64,000 nucleotides of DNA from Fimicolochytrium jonesii (lineage: Eukaryota), in assembly GCF_025526975.1 (NCBI RefSeq), contig NW_026515676.1:558001-622000 (forward strand). The letters are read 5' to 3'. The position numbers were made by a program, and so were the translations under genes. This document shows, in pieces, positions 13,333 to 25,747 of the stretch. The notes under the pieces were generated by a model, which made no database searches, had not been told where the DNA came from, and worked only from the letters and a program-made list of their open reading frames with translations. Positions within the stretch are counted from its first letter, which is position 1; each line of letters begins with the position of its first letter.

Positions 13333-14167
13333 AGTGTTCCCTAATTGGTGTGGGAAAATGTGAGCACAGCCAAACTTGCCCTTTTAGATCTTACATAGGA
13401 TGGCAATCAATCTGCCAAACTGGAAAGGGAGTTGGAACTTGCAAAACGCTCGCCACACTGGGTATCGGATACATATTTGTCAGCGGGAGTCTGCGTATAT
13501 GCATTCAAGCTTGTGGAGTGGTGGCGATTGTTTGCAACTCAGCAGCCCCGTACGGCATCTGCCCAGCCGGTCTACCAACGACCATATGTGCGTTGCTAGA
13601 TGCGTTTCGAAACATGCACGTTTGTCTTCCCGACCGGCGTATCTGTAAACAGCTGAACACTGTATGTAGAATAACCCCGCAATTTGACATATTAAGGAGC
13701 AAATATCATGTCGACCGCATCCATTCTACAGTCACACCTCGTTGATATCAACTCCGTTTATGTCAATTCGTGCCGCAGGCCATAAGCACGGAGCTGCTGC
13801 GACATCGGCTCTAACCATCGGCTTTTGTTTAGCGCCCGAACCTTCTGAGGACGAAAGGGCCTTGTCTTGTTTAGCGCAATTGGAGACTTATGTCACGGAC
13901 AAGGGTATTGATGTAAACGAGGAGGTGTGACAGTACGTTGGACGTTTTGAGGACGTTTGCCGATCTCATGATATAAGAGAGGTTCCTCGGTTATCGAAAC
14001 CCCAAAGCTTAAATCTAGAGCAGGTTGGTCTTTCGGAAGGGCTGTTCAGATTTTCCCATTTCTTCGCTGAAGCTGATTGCCAGCACCGCACACCGGTTAA
14101 CCAACACGACACCTCAAACTCTATCTCAACATCTGGCCGAATATCCAGTGTTGGGCACTTAATGAAA

Positions 14168-14190
14168 GGGTTAGGGTTAGGGTTAGGGTT
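14168..14190 (+). repeat. Short interstitial telomere-type repeat GGG(TTAGGG)3TT
   Basis: Sequence gggttagggttagggttagggtt read directly. Confidence 0.85.
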
Positions 14191-14405
14191 CTCTGATTCG
14201 TTGATGATGAGCGGTGCGACGATATCACCGTGCTCATATCCAAATTTTGTACGCTCCAAGCGCAAGTCTCCGCAAGACCCCCGGAAGCCTCCCAGTTTCC
14301 CCAACATTTCAGATTCCAACACTGAACAAGACATAGAAGACCACTGAAAATATTTGATTGACAGATATGAACAGCTACATATGCTCAGATTGCAAGAACG
14401 CAAAT

Positions 14406-15111
<706 letters not shown>

Positions 15112-15502
15112 CTAGCTTGTTCAGTGAAAAAGAAGCGTCCTCACCTGGCCCGAGATATGAGACAAACGGGATGCCAAATTTCCGGGAGTAGCGGAGAAAG
15201 AAAGAAGAGCAGAGCCGAGCTAAAGTGCGAGGGTGGCGGCCGACGAACGAAAAAAACGATCAGTCACGTGACTCGGAGAGGTGTGACGTGAATTTCGACA
15301 GTGCGTCAGGAAGTGGCTTTGAAATGCAGGACTTCTCCGGCCGGCCATCTCAACAGAAGGCACTTGGACCGGGGCATCCAAGGGTTCGTCGCGAGGTGCT
15401 CAGTGCTTGCTTGTTGTTTCTATTTTCTCAGCTCTCATGTCATGCTTGTTCCTGAGGCTCGAGTACGCTAAAAACCGGGAAACGATCCCACTTCAGAACA
15501 TC

Positions 15503-16264
15503 ATGAGGACTGCCACAGCGCCGCGGCTGCTCCCGGAGCTCATCGAACCGGTCCTCGAATACCTTTCCATACCATTCCTACGCCTGGTCTGCCGCCGCGT
15601 CAGCCGAGAATGGCGTTACGCGACCGACACCGTGATCCCAAAGCTCCTGCTTCGTCCACCACTACGAGCCGAAATGGCTTACCTCGACCACGTCTTGATG
15701 CGCTACGAGTACGTCAACTTCGACACGCTGCAGTTGATTGATGAACGACAGGATGGAGTTGAGGAGAATAGCGGAGTTCGAGAGGAAAGTTACAAGGACC
15801 GGTTAGTCGTGTTCCGCCCCAAACCCGCCGGAGACGTTTGGTTCCAAGTCTGGCACGGGTTTTCAGCCGAGCACGACGCGAGTGTCTGGGAAGACGTAAG
15901 GTTCTCAGACGGTTCTTGGGAGTCCAATTGCGACGGCTTTCTGCCGCGCGTAGTATACGATATTAGTGCCGTCGGCGGGTCGGGGATCAAAGTCGCGCGG
16001 CGCGGCCCCTGGACGCTGGAGTACGAGGTCCTAGACGAGCATGAGGACTCGGGCGGATATGACGGGGACGACGATTTCGATGAGGCGTACGAGATTCGCG
16101 TGCGGTTGGTGTCGATTACCATCACTTTGCGGCATTTGCTGACGTGGGACGGGATGAGGAGGATACGGATTGAGCACAGCAGAGCGTTTTTCGATCAGAA
16201 AAAGTTGAGAGAGGTGGAGGCGAACGAGGACGAGAGGACGAGAAGACGGCGGCGGGGAAGATAA
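15503..16264 (+). CDS. F-box protein
   Basis: N-terminal LLPELIEPVLEYLSIPFLRLVCRRVSREWR is an F-box motif; intronless ORF. Confidence 0.7.
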   Translation: MRTATAPRLLPELIEPVLEYLSIPFLRLVCRRVSREWRYATDTVIPKLLLRPPLRAEMAYLDHVLMRYEYVNFDTLQLIDERQDGVEENSGVREESYKDRLVVFRPKPAGDVWFQVWHGFSAEHDASVWEDVRFSDGSWESNCDGFLPRVVYDISAVGGSGIKVARRGPWTLEYEVLDEHEDSGGYDGDDDFDEAYEIRVRLVSITITLRHLLTWDGMRRIRIEHSRAFFDQKKLREVEANEDERTRRRRRGR

Positions 16265-17110
16265 TCCGAGGGCTCCGCACGTCAACACCTCGAAGCTCTG
16301 GCATTGGCAAGCGTCTTACATGAAACCGGATGTTAGAGTTTCGAGCTCAAGCCCCCGCGCCTGGCTGCATTGGCGGATATCAGAATATGCTTGCAGATCG
16401 CGGCCCACCCAACGAAAGGCTATCGCATGCAAGCAAGTTGCGCACGAGTAGACTGTTTGTCCAATGCGGTGGCCGCCTTGCAACAACCTGCCGCTCAAAG
16501 CTCGGGGCAGTTTTGGACGGGTGTTTGGCTTCGTCACTACGCTCATCCATCGCTTACGATGGTAGGATAGAGGCCTATCATGGTTGACTGGCCTACTAAG
16601 AATCAAAGTTCGTTCCCGGAGCGAGAGGCTGAAGGATGGTCGCCGGTACGAAAGAGAACTGGCGTAGCGGTGAACAGCTGATATGTTTGACTTTGGAGAG
16701 TCACCCCTATTCCCTATCTCGATCCCTACCTCCCCTCTCTTTTTGGAGCCGAGAACACACAGTCACTCGCACACACATGCATACCACCTCGTTTTTGCTA
16801 AGAATATTTGAAATGTCTATTGAATATGGATTCTCTATGATGATACATTGCTTATAGGGCCAGCCAGCCAGTCAATTAGGGGGTTTACAGCAACTAGGAG
16901 TTCGATGAGGGACTGACAGACCACCTGAAACAGCTTACTGAATACGGTACAGCAGGTGGTGTAGGAGCCGCGAAAATCGGGTGTGGCAACCCGACTTTTA
17001 AATGAAGGTCTGGGGACCGTCCGTTTTCGCTGTGCTTCCCGCATCGATTAACACCGGGTGTATGTGATTATGCTGATTTGCTACAGTTGAGGCTCTCCTC
17101 TCCTGCCTAT

Positions 17111-18701
17111 TTACAAGAGCGTGCCGAACACCCGGTCCCACAACTTGGTGGTGATTCCGTAGCCAAGGTTGGCGTCCTTGTAGTGGTGGTCCAAGTGGTA
17201 GCTCTTCATGGTTCGTAGATGAGCCGCGAAAGGTCTGCCGTGGTGTAGGTAAACTATATCGCACAGGAATAAGATCGTCAGGAATCGAACTCCGAGGCAC
17301 GTCGACCTGATGCAAGCGCAAACTTACAATGTATCAGGTCGTACCCGACATAGCCTGGAATGACACCTGTTGCCAGACCGTACACCCACTCCTTGGGCAG
17401 GATCGCGCTGAAAAAGTTCCAGAGGCCGATTCCCAGAATTACGGAAAGAGCTGGAGGCATCACAAGACGCAGCCTGTGAACGACCCAATATATCAGATTA
17501 GACAACAGACAAAGGAATGCGACAATGAGATGTGATTCTTACCTGTCCATGGGGAGGTAGTGGTGAATACCGTGCAGCAGGAAGTGCAACGTAAGAGCAA
17601 CACGGTTGTCTGGCAAAACCGCCTCCACGTGGAACAGGAACCTATGCAGGCTGTACTCGATCACGGTCCAGAGAAGCACGCCAAGAGGCAATAATTGCAA
17701 TGTGGCCGGCAGGCCGATTTGCTGGCTGGCAAGGTATAGAGACACGATCCAGATCGGCGCCCAGAACATGGGCACGGCGTACCAAACGGTCTTGGTTAAC
17801 GACTCCAAAATCGGATTCCCGAAGATTGGCGCCGACCCCTTAGCGTGTCGTGGCATGTGAACATGCTTTAGGTAGTGCTCTTTGGTGAAGTTGCCGAACC
17901 AGACCTGCACCAGCATAGGCTTTGTGACGTCGATGAATGGTTCGACAGGGGTGGTTGTCGTGGTGGTCGTCGTGGTGGTTGTTGTACGCTTCTTCAGAAC
18001 CGAGACGCCCTCGGAATCCACTGCGCTGGCTGTTACGGACGACGCCGCTAATTCGCCAATGTAGTACTCCTCAAGCAGTTCGTAAGCCGACTCTGAGTGG
18101 TCGTGCTCGACGGGGTCCTTCATGACCTCGGACACGTCCTTTCCTCCATACTGCAGCAACAGCTCTTCGCCTCCGGGGTGATCGAACATGAAATTTGTGA
18201 CATCGTAGACTATACGAATAGAACAGACGTTAGTGAATAGGATCCACTAGAGAAGGTTTTCGACTGACTGAGGATAAGGACCGCCTTCTTCCTGCCATGG
18301 CCCTCTCAACGCAGTGTCATGATGCCCCAGGCAAGTAAAAGTGTTCTAATTCTTCGCCTTGCTAGGCTCCCAGGGTTGGCTAAAACGGCCTCACCTCCGG
18401 CCTTCCTGCCATCCCTGAACCGTTCTACGCCCTCCGGTCGGTCGTTTGTCAGGCTTCCGCCAACCCGAATTTGCAAGCCTCCAAGGAAAACAAGGCAGTC
18501 CTTGCAGCCTGTTCCTGCCACGTCTCCCTGCGACGACTCCTCGATGTCCTCCCAACGCTTCCCGTCCCATGACAACACACCTTTGCTTCCCAAGGTCAGC
18601 CATAGGGATTTCGCCGTGTGGTGTTCGGAGACCTCCTCGTGGGAGAAGGTGCGGACCTCCTGCTGGTCGACGACCGTTGTTTGTGCGCTTATCCCCATCA
18701 T
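17111..18701 (-). CDS. SCS7: Sphingolipid fatty acid 2-hydroxylase with N-terminal cytochrome b5 domain
   Basis: Exons 18701-18581, 18209-17543, 17473-17328 and 17253-17111. Cytochrome b5 motif VYDVTNF..DHPGG and His boxes HRFLFH, HGIHH, HFYLHH, HLDHH. Confidence 0.95.
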
Positions 18702-19551
18702 CTTGGAGGGTTGGTATCGGGAAACCGGTGAATATGTGTGGTGTGGGGTGGGATCAGTTCTGTCGACAGAGCTGAGAGGTTGTCCCAAAACTGTGAATTT
18801 GACCGTCGTTTGTCAGAGCGGCAGAAGATCGCGGGAGTCGACTCAGTCGAACAAAGTGGAGCGGTTTCTTATCATCGCAGGTTAGGATTCCCGACCATTT
18901 GGGCGCTTTCGAGGCTAATCATTCTTGCCGCCAAGCAAACGCGGCAAACCTGAAGCGGCAAATTTTGATGCGCCGCGGCAAAGCGAGCGAACGCCTTACG
19001 CAAGCATGACTCTTGTATAAACAAACTCCCTCGGACTGCGCAATTGAACGAAACGCGTGCGGTGAACTTGTTATGCAACAGCTGCGCCGATCTATCTCCA
19101 ACGCGTCGCATATGTCGGTCCCCTTGCGTCCCCTCTCGGTTCCCAGAAACCCCTTGCATATCTGTTGTCCCGAACCATGAACATGAACGCCGCCGCCAAA
19201 CATGTCCTTTGACCGCTGAGAAATATCGGAACCCTGGGAGCTTCCGGCAATTGCTCAAAAAGCCCGCCCTTAGGCCCCCGTCCTTGCTCAAGATCTACTC
19301 ATTCGCACGTAAAAACGTACATATCATCGCCGCCGGAGAAAGGACGTATAGAGACTTCGTGTTTCGTTTGTAGATATCGGGGTCGGGGATCGTGTCAAGA
19401 TCACCTACCTGTACCTAGATTAGCTCCGATAGAGTCGTCGTTGTTTTCGTCGGAGTTCATTGCGTTTGTTGTCTTCGCTCTTCATCCTATCCTTTTCCTC
19501 AAGTCAGCACCAGCGCACTTGAGTAAGTAGGGCAGCAACCAAACACGGAGC

Positions 19552-22523
19552 ATGGATTCACCACGAGCCGACCGCAACCGCGATGATCCAGCAGCAAAAG
19601 GCGGCCACTCCGTTCTGTTCGCCCCTCGCCGAAGTCATCACGGCCGCCGGAATACGGGCGGCGTCGGCAAAGGCATAATATCTGGCTCGGGAGCCGGTGG
19701 TGGGGCTCTCGCGTATCTCAAGAAGTTAGGACGACCAGGGTGCCTACGCTACGTGTTCTTTGCCCTGCTCGTATGCTTCGTCACGTATACAATCCTTCTC
19801 AGCAGCGACTCGGCGAGCCAGTCTTTGGAATCGACCAAAAATGCCGCGCATGGATTCTTGTCCAGAAAGCACCGCTTCAAGCTGCATCACCAAGATCCTA
19901 CCATACCTGATCAAGAAGATGAGTCTGTGAACTATGACGAGTCTAGCGAGGTCCCGGTCGCAGTGGGCAGTGATAGCGATGCAGCGGCGCCGGACGACCC
20001 ATCAAACTCAAATACGGAGAACAAGGCTACCTCGCCTGAGAGCGAGGACCAGAGTGAAAACAAACAAACGCCAATGTCTTCCATCACCGGGGAAAACATG
20101 AACGCGACTGAAGTGGCCAATGCAATAGCGGACAACGAGCCGGGAGCCCACAACGCACGACTTCCCGCGGCGATGCTGCCCAACAAGGGCGGTGAAGACA
20201 ACGCCGTAGCGCAAGCTCAGCAAGCCGCGCCGGCACCAGACTCCGACGCGTCGCGACGACCTGCTTCCCCCGGAGCCGACAAGAAACAATCACAGTCTCC
20301 TACAGGAAACAAAAAGGATGATATCGCATGGTACAAAGCGCAATACGAGGCGTTGAAACGTCGCATGGCATTGGAGATGGAGAACGCAGTGCAGGCCGAT
20401 CGGGAGCGCCGCAAGGAGGAACTGGAGACGTTGGTCGAATCCAAGTTAACACAGCGGATCGCGAACGAGCGCGCAGAGATGGAGAAGGAATTCAAGAAGA
20501 AGCTTACGCACGAGATCGAGCATGTGAAGGGTGATGCGCGCGATACGGTTACTTCTGAGCTGGACAAGATATTTGCCACTGCCAATGTCAACCAGCTCAA
20601 TCAGAGGATATTCCATCCGGACCTGGCCAACCGCCTGTCCAGAACGAAGCTTGTTGAGTTGACTGGATTCAAAATGTGTGAAATGCTCGACGGGGCCTTG
20701 TTTAATCCCTGGGTGAACCTACGTACGTAGTCCTCGCCGATTCATACGGTGGAATGCAAAGTCTGTGACACTGACGTCTTTTTGAACTTCCTTGTCAAAA
20801 CAGTGCCCATCGGCGGCAGCCTCGTAACCGCCAATCCCTCCCGCGCGCTCGCAACGGGGATGCTCGACGCCCTCGCACGCAAAATCTTTGACAACATCAA
20901 CTCCTGGGCCGACGACGACAAGTTCGACAAAGACTCCGTTACCCGATTCGCATGTTACATGGCAGCCCACGGACGGAACGAGTATGGACTCATGACCGAT
21001 GGCGCCTGGTTGGTGCACATCAACGGTTCCAAGTATTTCCAGGACTTGGTCCTCGAAGGTCCGGGAGATACGCCGCTACATCCCGGTGTAAGATATTTGG
21101 GCGTCGAGGGAGAGAGGAAGATCGCAGAGGAGAAACAGCGTAAGGAGAAGGAGGATGCTGAAGGTAACCATGAGAAGAAAAAGGAGCATCCACAAGATCC
21201 CAACAATGAACATAAGAGTGATGATAAGAAGGATGATAAGGAAGAGCAAAATAACCAACATGACGATGGCCATCGCAACAACGATGATAAAGCCAGGCGT
21301 GAACTCGCCGGCGACAGCGGCGAAAACAAGCAAGCCGAAACCAATAAAGAGCAACCCAAACCGGATGACCTCACCCGCTTCGACCTCCAGATCCCCACCC
21401 TTGGCTCCGATGTCACCAAAGACCCCTCATCGCCACAAGTCCCTCGACACAAATACAAGATCGCTTACTTACTTCTTGTCCACGAGCGCCTCGACATCTT
21501 CGAGACCCTCTTCGCCGCGCTGTACAACACCGACGGTGTGTTTCTCATTCACGTCGACTCCAAGCGTGTGGATTTCAAACGGAAGGTTCGGGAATGGTTG
21601 ATCAGGCACCCTATCTACAAGGATGCGCGGAATATTTTCTTGGGCAGATCATTCAACCTGAACTGGGGAGCAAGCAGTATCGTGTTTGGACAGTTGCAGG
21701 GGTTCTTTTCCTTGATGGATGTCGCTGATTGGGACTATGTCGTCAATTTGAGTGGATACGACTATCCCATCCGCAGCTCGAAGAGTATTCATGCCATTCT
21801 TGAGGTAGATTCTTGTCACGAAGAAAACTTACATGCTTGTTCGGACACTGCCCTAACGTCATCCACTCTCCCTCCCAGCGTGACCCCGGGAAGGTGTACA
21901 TCGAGCACTGGCAAGACCCCGATACGGAATGGCGCATGGAACGCGCCTTTTTCCTCGCCGAGTCCAAGACGTACGTCAAAACACCCACCGCCGCTCCCGA
22001 CCGTCGTTTCGCGCTGGATCACCGTTTCCGTCCTATGAAGCACCACCAATGGATGATTCTTCCGCGCGATTTCATCTCCTACCTCCGCAAATCGCAAGAC
22101 GCGCACGACCTCCTCGCATGGCAAGAACACTCCTGGATCCCCGACGAGTCGTACTTTGCCATGGTCGCCCTGTCGCCCAAGTCCGGATACGCCGACAAGA
22201 TCATCAACGATTGCAAACGCTTCATCTTCTTCGACAAGGGTGCCCTGCATCCCATCTGGATCCGCGATGGCGATGAGCACAAGCTGGAAAAGGGCGCAAA
22301 TGTTGAGGTTTCCCTTCCGCCAGAGAAACGTGATAACGCTACCAACCCCACCCGCGAGTACTTTTTCGTGCGCAAAATCAACAGCCTGTGGGAGAAAAAG
22401 ATTAGTGGGTGGATGGATGACAAGAGACGGAAGACGGATGAGGCATTGGCGCAGGAGATCGAAGAGATCGATAAACGGTTTTGGAAGAATCCAGATGAAA
22501 CGGGAGATTATAGTGTTTATTGA
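19552..22523 (+). CDS. Type II membrane glycosyltransferase, GT14 (core-2/I-branching / xylosyltransferase-like)
   Basis: Exons 19552-20722, 20804-21804 and 21879-22523. Signal-anchor YVFFALLVCFVTYTILL, long stem, and motifs KIAYLLLVH, LIHVDSK, WGASSIV, WDYVVNLSGYDYP, QWMILPRDF, IPDESYF. Confidence 0.85.
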
Positions 22524-23189
22524 GGACCTAGAGCTTTCACCATGACAGATACTCCGAGACACATATTCTGGTCAATTTTTCTTTTTCTATTCCCTTTCTC
22601 CGCACCATTGCGGCTTGTATTCACCTTATATGATTCTTTTGTAAGCTCTACCCTATTTATCTATGGCAATGATCCCCATCGTTTCATTACAGCTGCGTTG
22701 CTGTATATGTACGCTTCGAGTGCTTTTCCGCTCAGGATTTCCCATGGCGTAACGGCACCAAGCTGTCCGTAGATCGAGTAAACCTACTGCCAGGCGATAA
22801 TGTTTGGGTGTTAAGGCCTGCGATCCGCAATCGGAAGACATGTGTCGTCTCCAAGTCGTAGCTCGGTGCAGGCGGTGGTAAAACCTATGGTCATGTTTAA
22901 GATCTCCTGCCGTATGCCATTTGAAATCACCGTGCTGTCCCGCCCCTTTGGGATTTTCGCGGAACTGGAAGTCCAGCCGCAAGCGATGAGGCATGGACAA
23001 TCATATTCTGTGGCTTGTTCACCGACGCTTCGCTTGACCCGAAGGCTCTATAAGGTTCATCCTCCTGAGTTACACGGGCAGGCGGGCACAGCAAGTCGGG
23101 GGTTCGGACTATACGAATCGATATCCCTCGACGATCTTCCCTCAATAATACAGCCTCGATGTATCCATTCCCACCCAAACGGCGGGGCC

Positions 23190-23495
23190 TTATTTGGGTC
23201 CGCCCCTAGCAGCCCTCGCAGCGCTCCTCCTGCCCCTAGCCGACAGCGGTCCAAGCAATGGTCCTCTGCTCTTTTTCCTCACTGGCTTCGCCCCTTTCCC
23301 CGTCCTTCCCTTGCCGCGCTTGAATGGCGAGAAACCCCTCCCTGTCCGGCTGGCCGCGATCGCGGAGATTACGAACACGGCTGCAAGGGAGGTAAGGAGA
23401 GCTATCCGGGACCCACTCCATGTGCGTATAGAGCGAAGTGCGGCTGTGAAGACGGAGAGAGGAGGACGAGCTGGGGCCGCCGTGCTGGAGGACAT
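23190..23495 (-). CDS. Hypothetical small single-pass membrane protein with basic tail
   Basis: 101-aa ATG ORF with hydrophobic IALLTSLAAVFVISAIAA and an Arg/Lys/Gly-rich tail. A GTGAGT donor upstream at about 23618 suggests a 5'UTR intron. No family recognised. Confidence 0.4.
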   Translation of the reverse strand: MSSSTAAPARPPLSVFTAALRSIRTWSGSRIALLTSLAAVFVISAIAASRTGRGFSPFKRGKGRTGKGAKPVRKKSRGPLLGPLSARGRRSAARAARGGPK

Positions 23496-23949
23496 TTATA
23501 GCGTTCGGCAGTGGCTTGCGTATGAGAACTGCTACGTCGTCGATGAGGCGGGAACTCGAGGCTACTTCAAAAGTCCCACTTTCGACCAGATCCAGCAAAC
23601 CAGCCAGTGAGTACTCACCGCCGACATACTGCACGTTTCGCAGGGGCGTGTCGCTCTCGGGCCCACCCTCACTTTGACAGCAACTGACACTATCCACGCG
23701 ACACTCCATTTTCCGCTCCCCAAAAAAACTGAGCTTCCTCGTTTTCGACGCAGACCGCAGCACAGACAAGGGCAACGCGTGAACGCCGTTGGTGCGGGAC
23801 TTCAGCGGAATTGGCAGGGCTATCAGAATAATTGAAAATATCTCACAAAAGTTTCGAAACCACTGAGTTACAGGCCATTTTTGTAAAGTCATACCGAATT
23901 TCTGGAACCTGCTTTTTGGAGTGCAGTCGTGCATCGCACAACTTCTGAA

Positions 23950-24846
23950 CCATCATGAGGTGTTACGCCCTCAGAAACTAGACTACAAGGAACAAAAAAT
24001 TATAATTGCTCAAAGCGATTCGGCTCATTGCCCACATGCTACGGATGTACAAAGTTGCTCAAAAGTCATATGTCCTAATACTAAAGCCTCGGCCGTCGTA
24101 ATGTCCATATTGCGAGCAAACCACACCATCATGTCCGTACTAATTTTGATGAACATAACCTGGCAGTTCTGACACATGCCGTTGGGTCCTAAATGTCTCC
24201 GGGCACCCACACGAGGCTAACGGCAGAAGGCAGTCGTTGGCGTGATCGGATCCTGCCATGAATTAGGCGAAGCGGAAATCTGAAACTGGTGAATTGGGAT
24301 GTCCGTATTGAACTGTACGACTGGGGAACGCCTCAGCGGGAGAGGCAGCAGCATCTCTGAAATCTTGGTCGCGGGCGAGGGTTGCGGCGGCGGCGGAACG
24401 GGGATGGGGGGCAAAGTTTCAAGGGTAACTCGTGATTTCTTCTTTGGTCACTTCGCTGGGCACTAACAGGGGGCAGCCCGGGTTGCCAAAGCTTGTAGAA
24501 ACCAATCTTCCTTGATCCATGCTTTGTCGCCTTGAGGACTTCTTCCGAGTGGATAATATCGAAGTCCATGTGGACCAGCCCGTGAAAGGTATGGACAAGA
24601 TGATCATGCATGCGTGAGACGGCTCCTTCGTAGTTCTCCGAGTTGCTTTTGGAAGATGACGGGTGGTTTTCCTTGTCTGTGACATGAGAGCGTCGCAGTC
24701 GGAATGGAGGCCCTCAGAGAACGCATCAAGATCAACAAAAGGGCGAGATTTGGGCGGTGCGGCGATGAACATATCCGGTGAGCTGAGCCAGCGGTCATGC
24801 TGAAAGACATTGTAGATACCATCCGTCTGTATGCCTTTCTCATCCG

Positions 24847-24881
<35 letters not shown>

Positions 24882-25450
24882 CCTGTAAACCCATAACTAT
24901 ATGCGCTTGAGGGGAAAATGCGGCATCCGAGAGGAGGTGCTGAGTGTGGCGGGAAGTGAGGTGGGATACTAAGCAACCTCCTTCTGTCCATAGACTCTGG
25001 AGGACTACGTTCCTCGTCCAGAGCACAATGGACTCCATTCGGAGGTTGCTTATTTGTCAATGAAGAGGAAGCCATGTTCGATGCCATATCGCGTAGGAAT
25101 TTGTCGTAGGTGCGCTTGTCTTTGGAGCAGGATGCCTTGGTGTACACGTCGTCGATGCCAATGGTGTAATGTGTTTGGAACACTCTTGAATTGGGTACCC
25201 AACGCCCCTTCTTGATCGTTTCTTTGCTGAGTCCACTGTGAGTTTGTGCGGTCATGATGGCGTGAGTGATGGATTTTGGTGTTGTTGTGCGAAGACGCAA
25301 ACTATCCTGTCAGTTACTGTCATTGCGTAAGCAGACGCGTAAGCAGTCTGGTCACGTTCAGAGAGACAAAGACCCCGACGCCAGAGTCTGGAGTATATAG
25401 AGACATACAAGAAGTAATACAATAAGACCAGTAATGGTTCTACGCTTCAT
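23950..25450 (-). pseudogene. Possible degenerate or spliced gene for a type II membrane protein at the gene/TE boundary
   Basis: Signal-anchor-like start MKRRTITGLIVLLLVCLYILQTL at 25450, followed by several broken minus-strand ORFs (24419-25300, 24333-24611, 24025-24210). No family recognised; boundaries approximate. Confidence 0.25.
24847..24879. repeat. Poly-C homopolymer (33 nt)
   Basis: Read directly. Confidence 0.9.
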
Positions 25451-25747
25451 CGGCTCCTTCCAGTAATAACACAACAGGTTATGAGCACTGTTTGCGGAGC
25501 CGAAACAAAGCAGTAAGGAACGTATCGCAAACTCGTTAAGCCAGCACAAAAAACCGCCATGGCCTTCAGACAAAGCCCAATTCAGACACGCGCCCGCGCC
25601 GGAGAGCTGAGGAAGAGTTGGTCAGGAAGAGCTGAGGCGGAGCACAAATCAGTAGAAGAGGAGCTTCAAGAGCAGGTGGAAGGTGTTGATGAGAAGAACG
25701 AGGCTGCATACAAGCTGGAGTTGTTGGAGCAAGAGGTCCGTGAACAG

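Noticed and set aside
13708..14162. Possible small multi-exon gene (ATG 13708, branch site and acceptor at about 13810-13833, exon APEPSEDERALSCLAQLETYV)
   Set aside because: Splice signals are suggestive, but no consistent reading frame or recognisable family could be built.
14168..14190. Telomerase RNA template or chromosome end
   Set aside because: More than three repeats is too long for a typical template, and the site is internal among genes. Kept only as an interstitial repeat.
18210..18580. Unusually long SCS7 intron (371 nt) as a snoRNA host
   Set aside because: No convincing C/D or H/ACA box arrangement seen on the sense strand.
22842..23610. Plus-strand ORFs 22842-23501 and 23194-23610
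   Set aside because: Non-ATG starts, no recognisable motifs, and they overlap a more plausible minus-strand ORF.
25560..25747. Glu-rich coiled-coil-like ORF fragment abutting the first LTR
   Set aside because: Too short and truncated by the LTR to assign as a gene.
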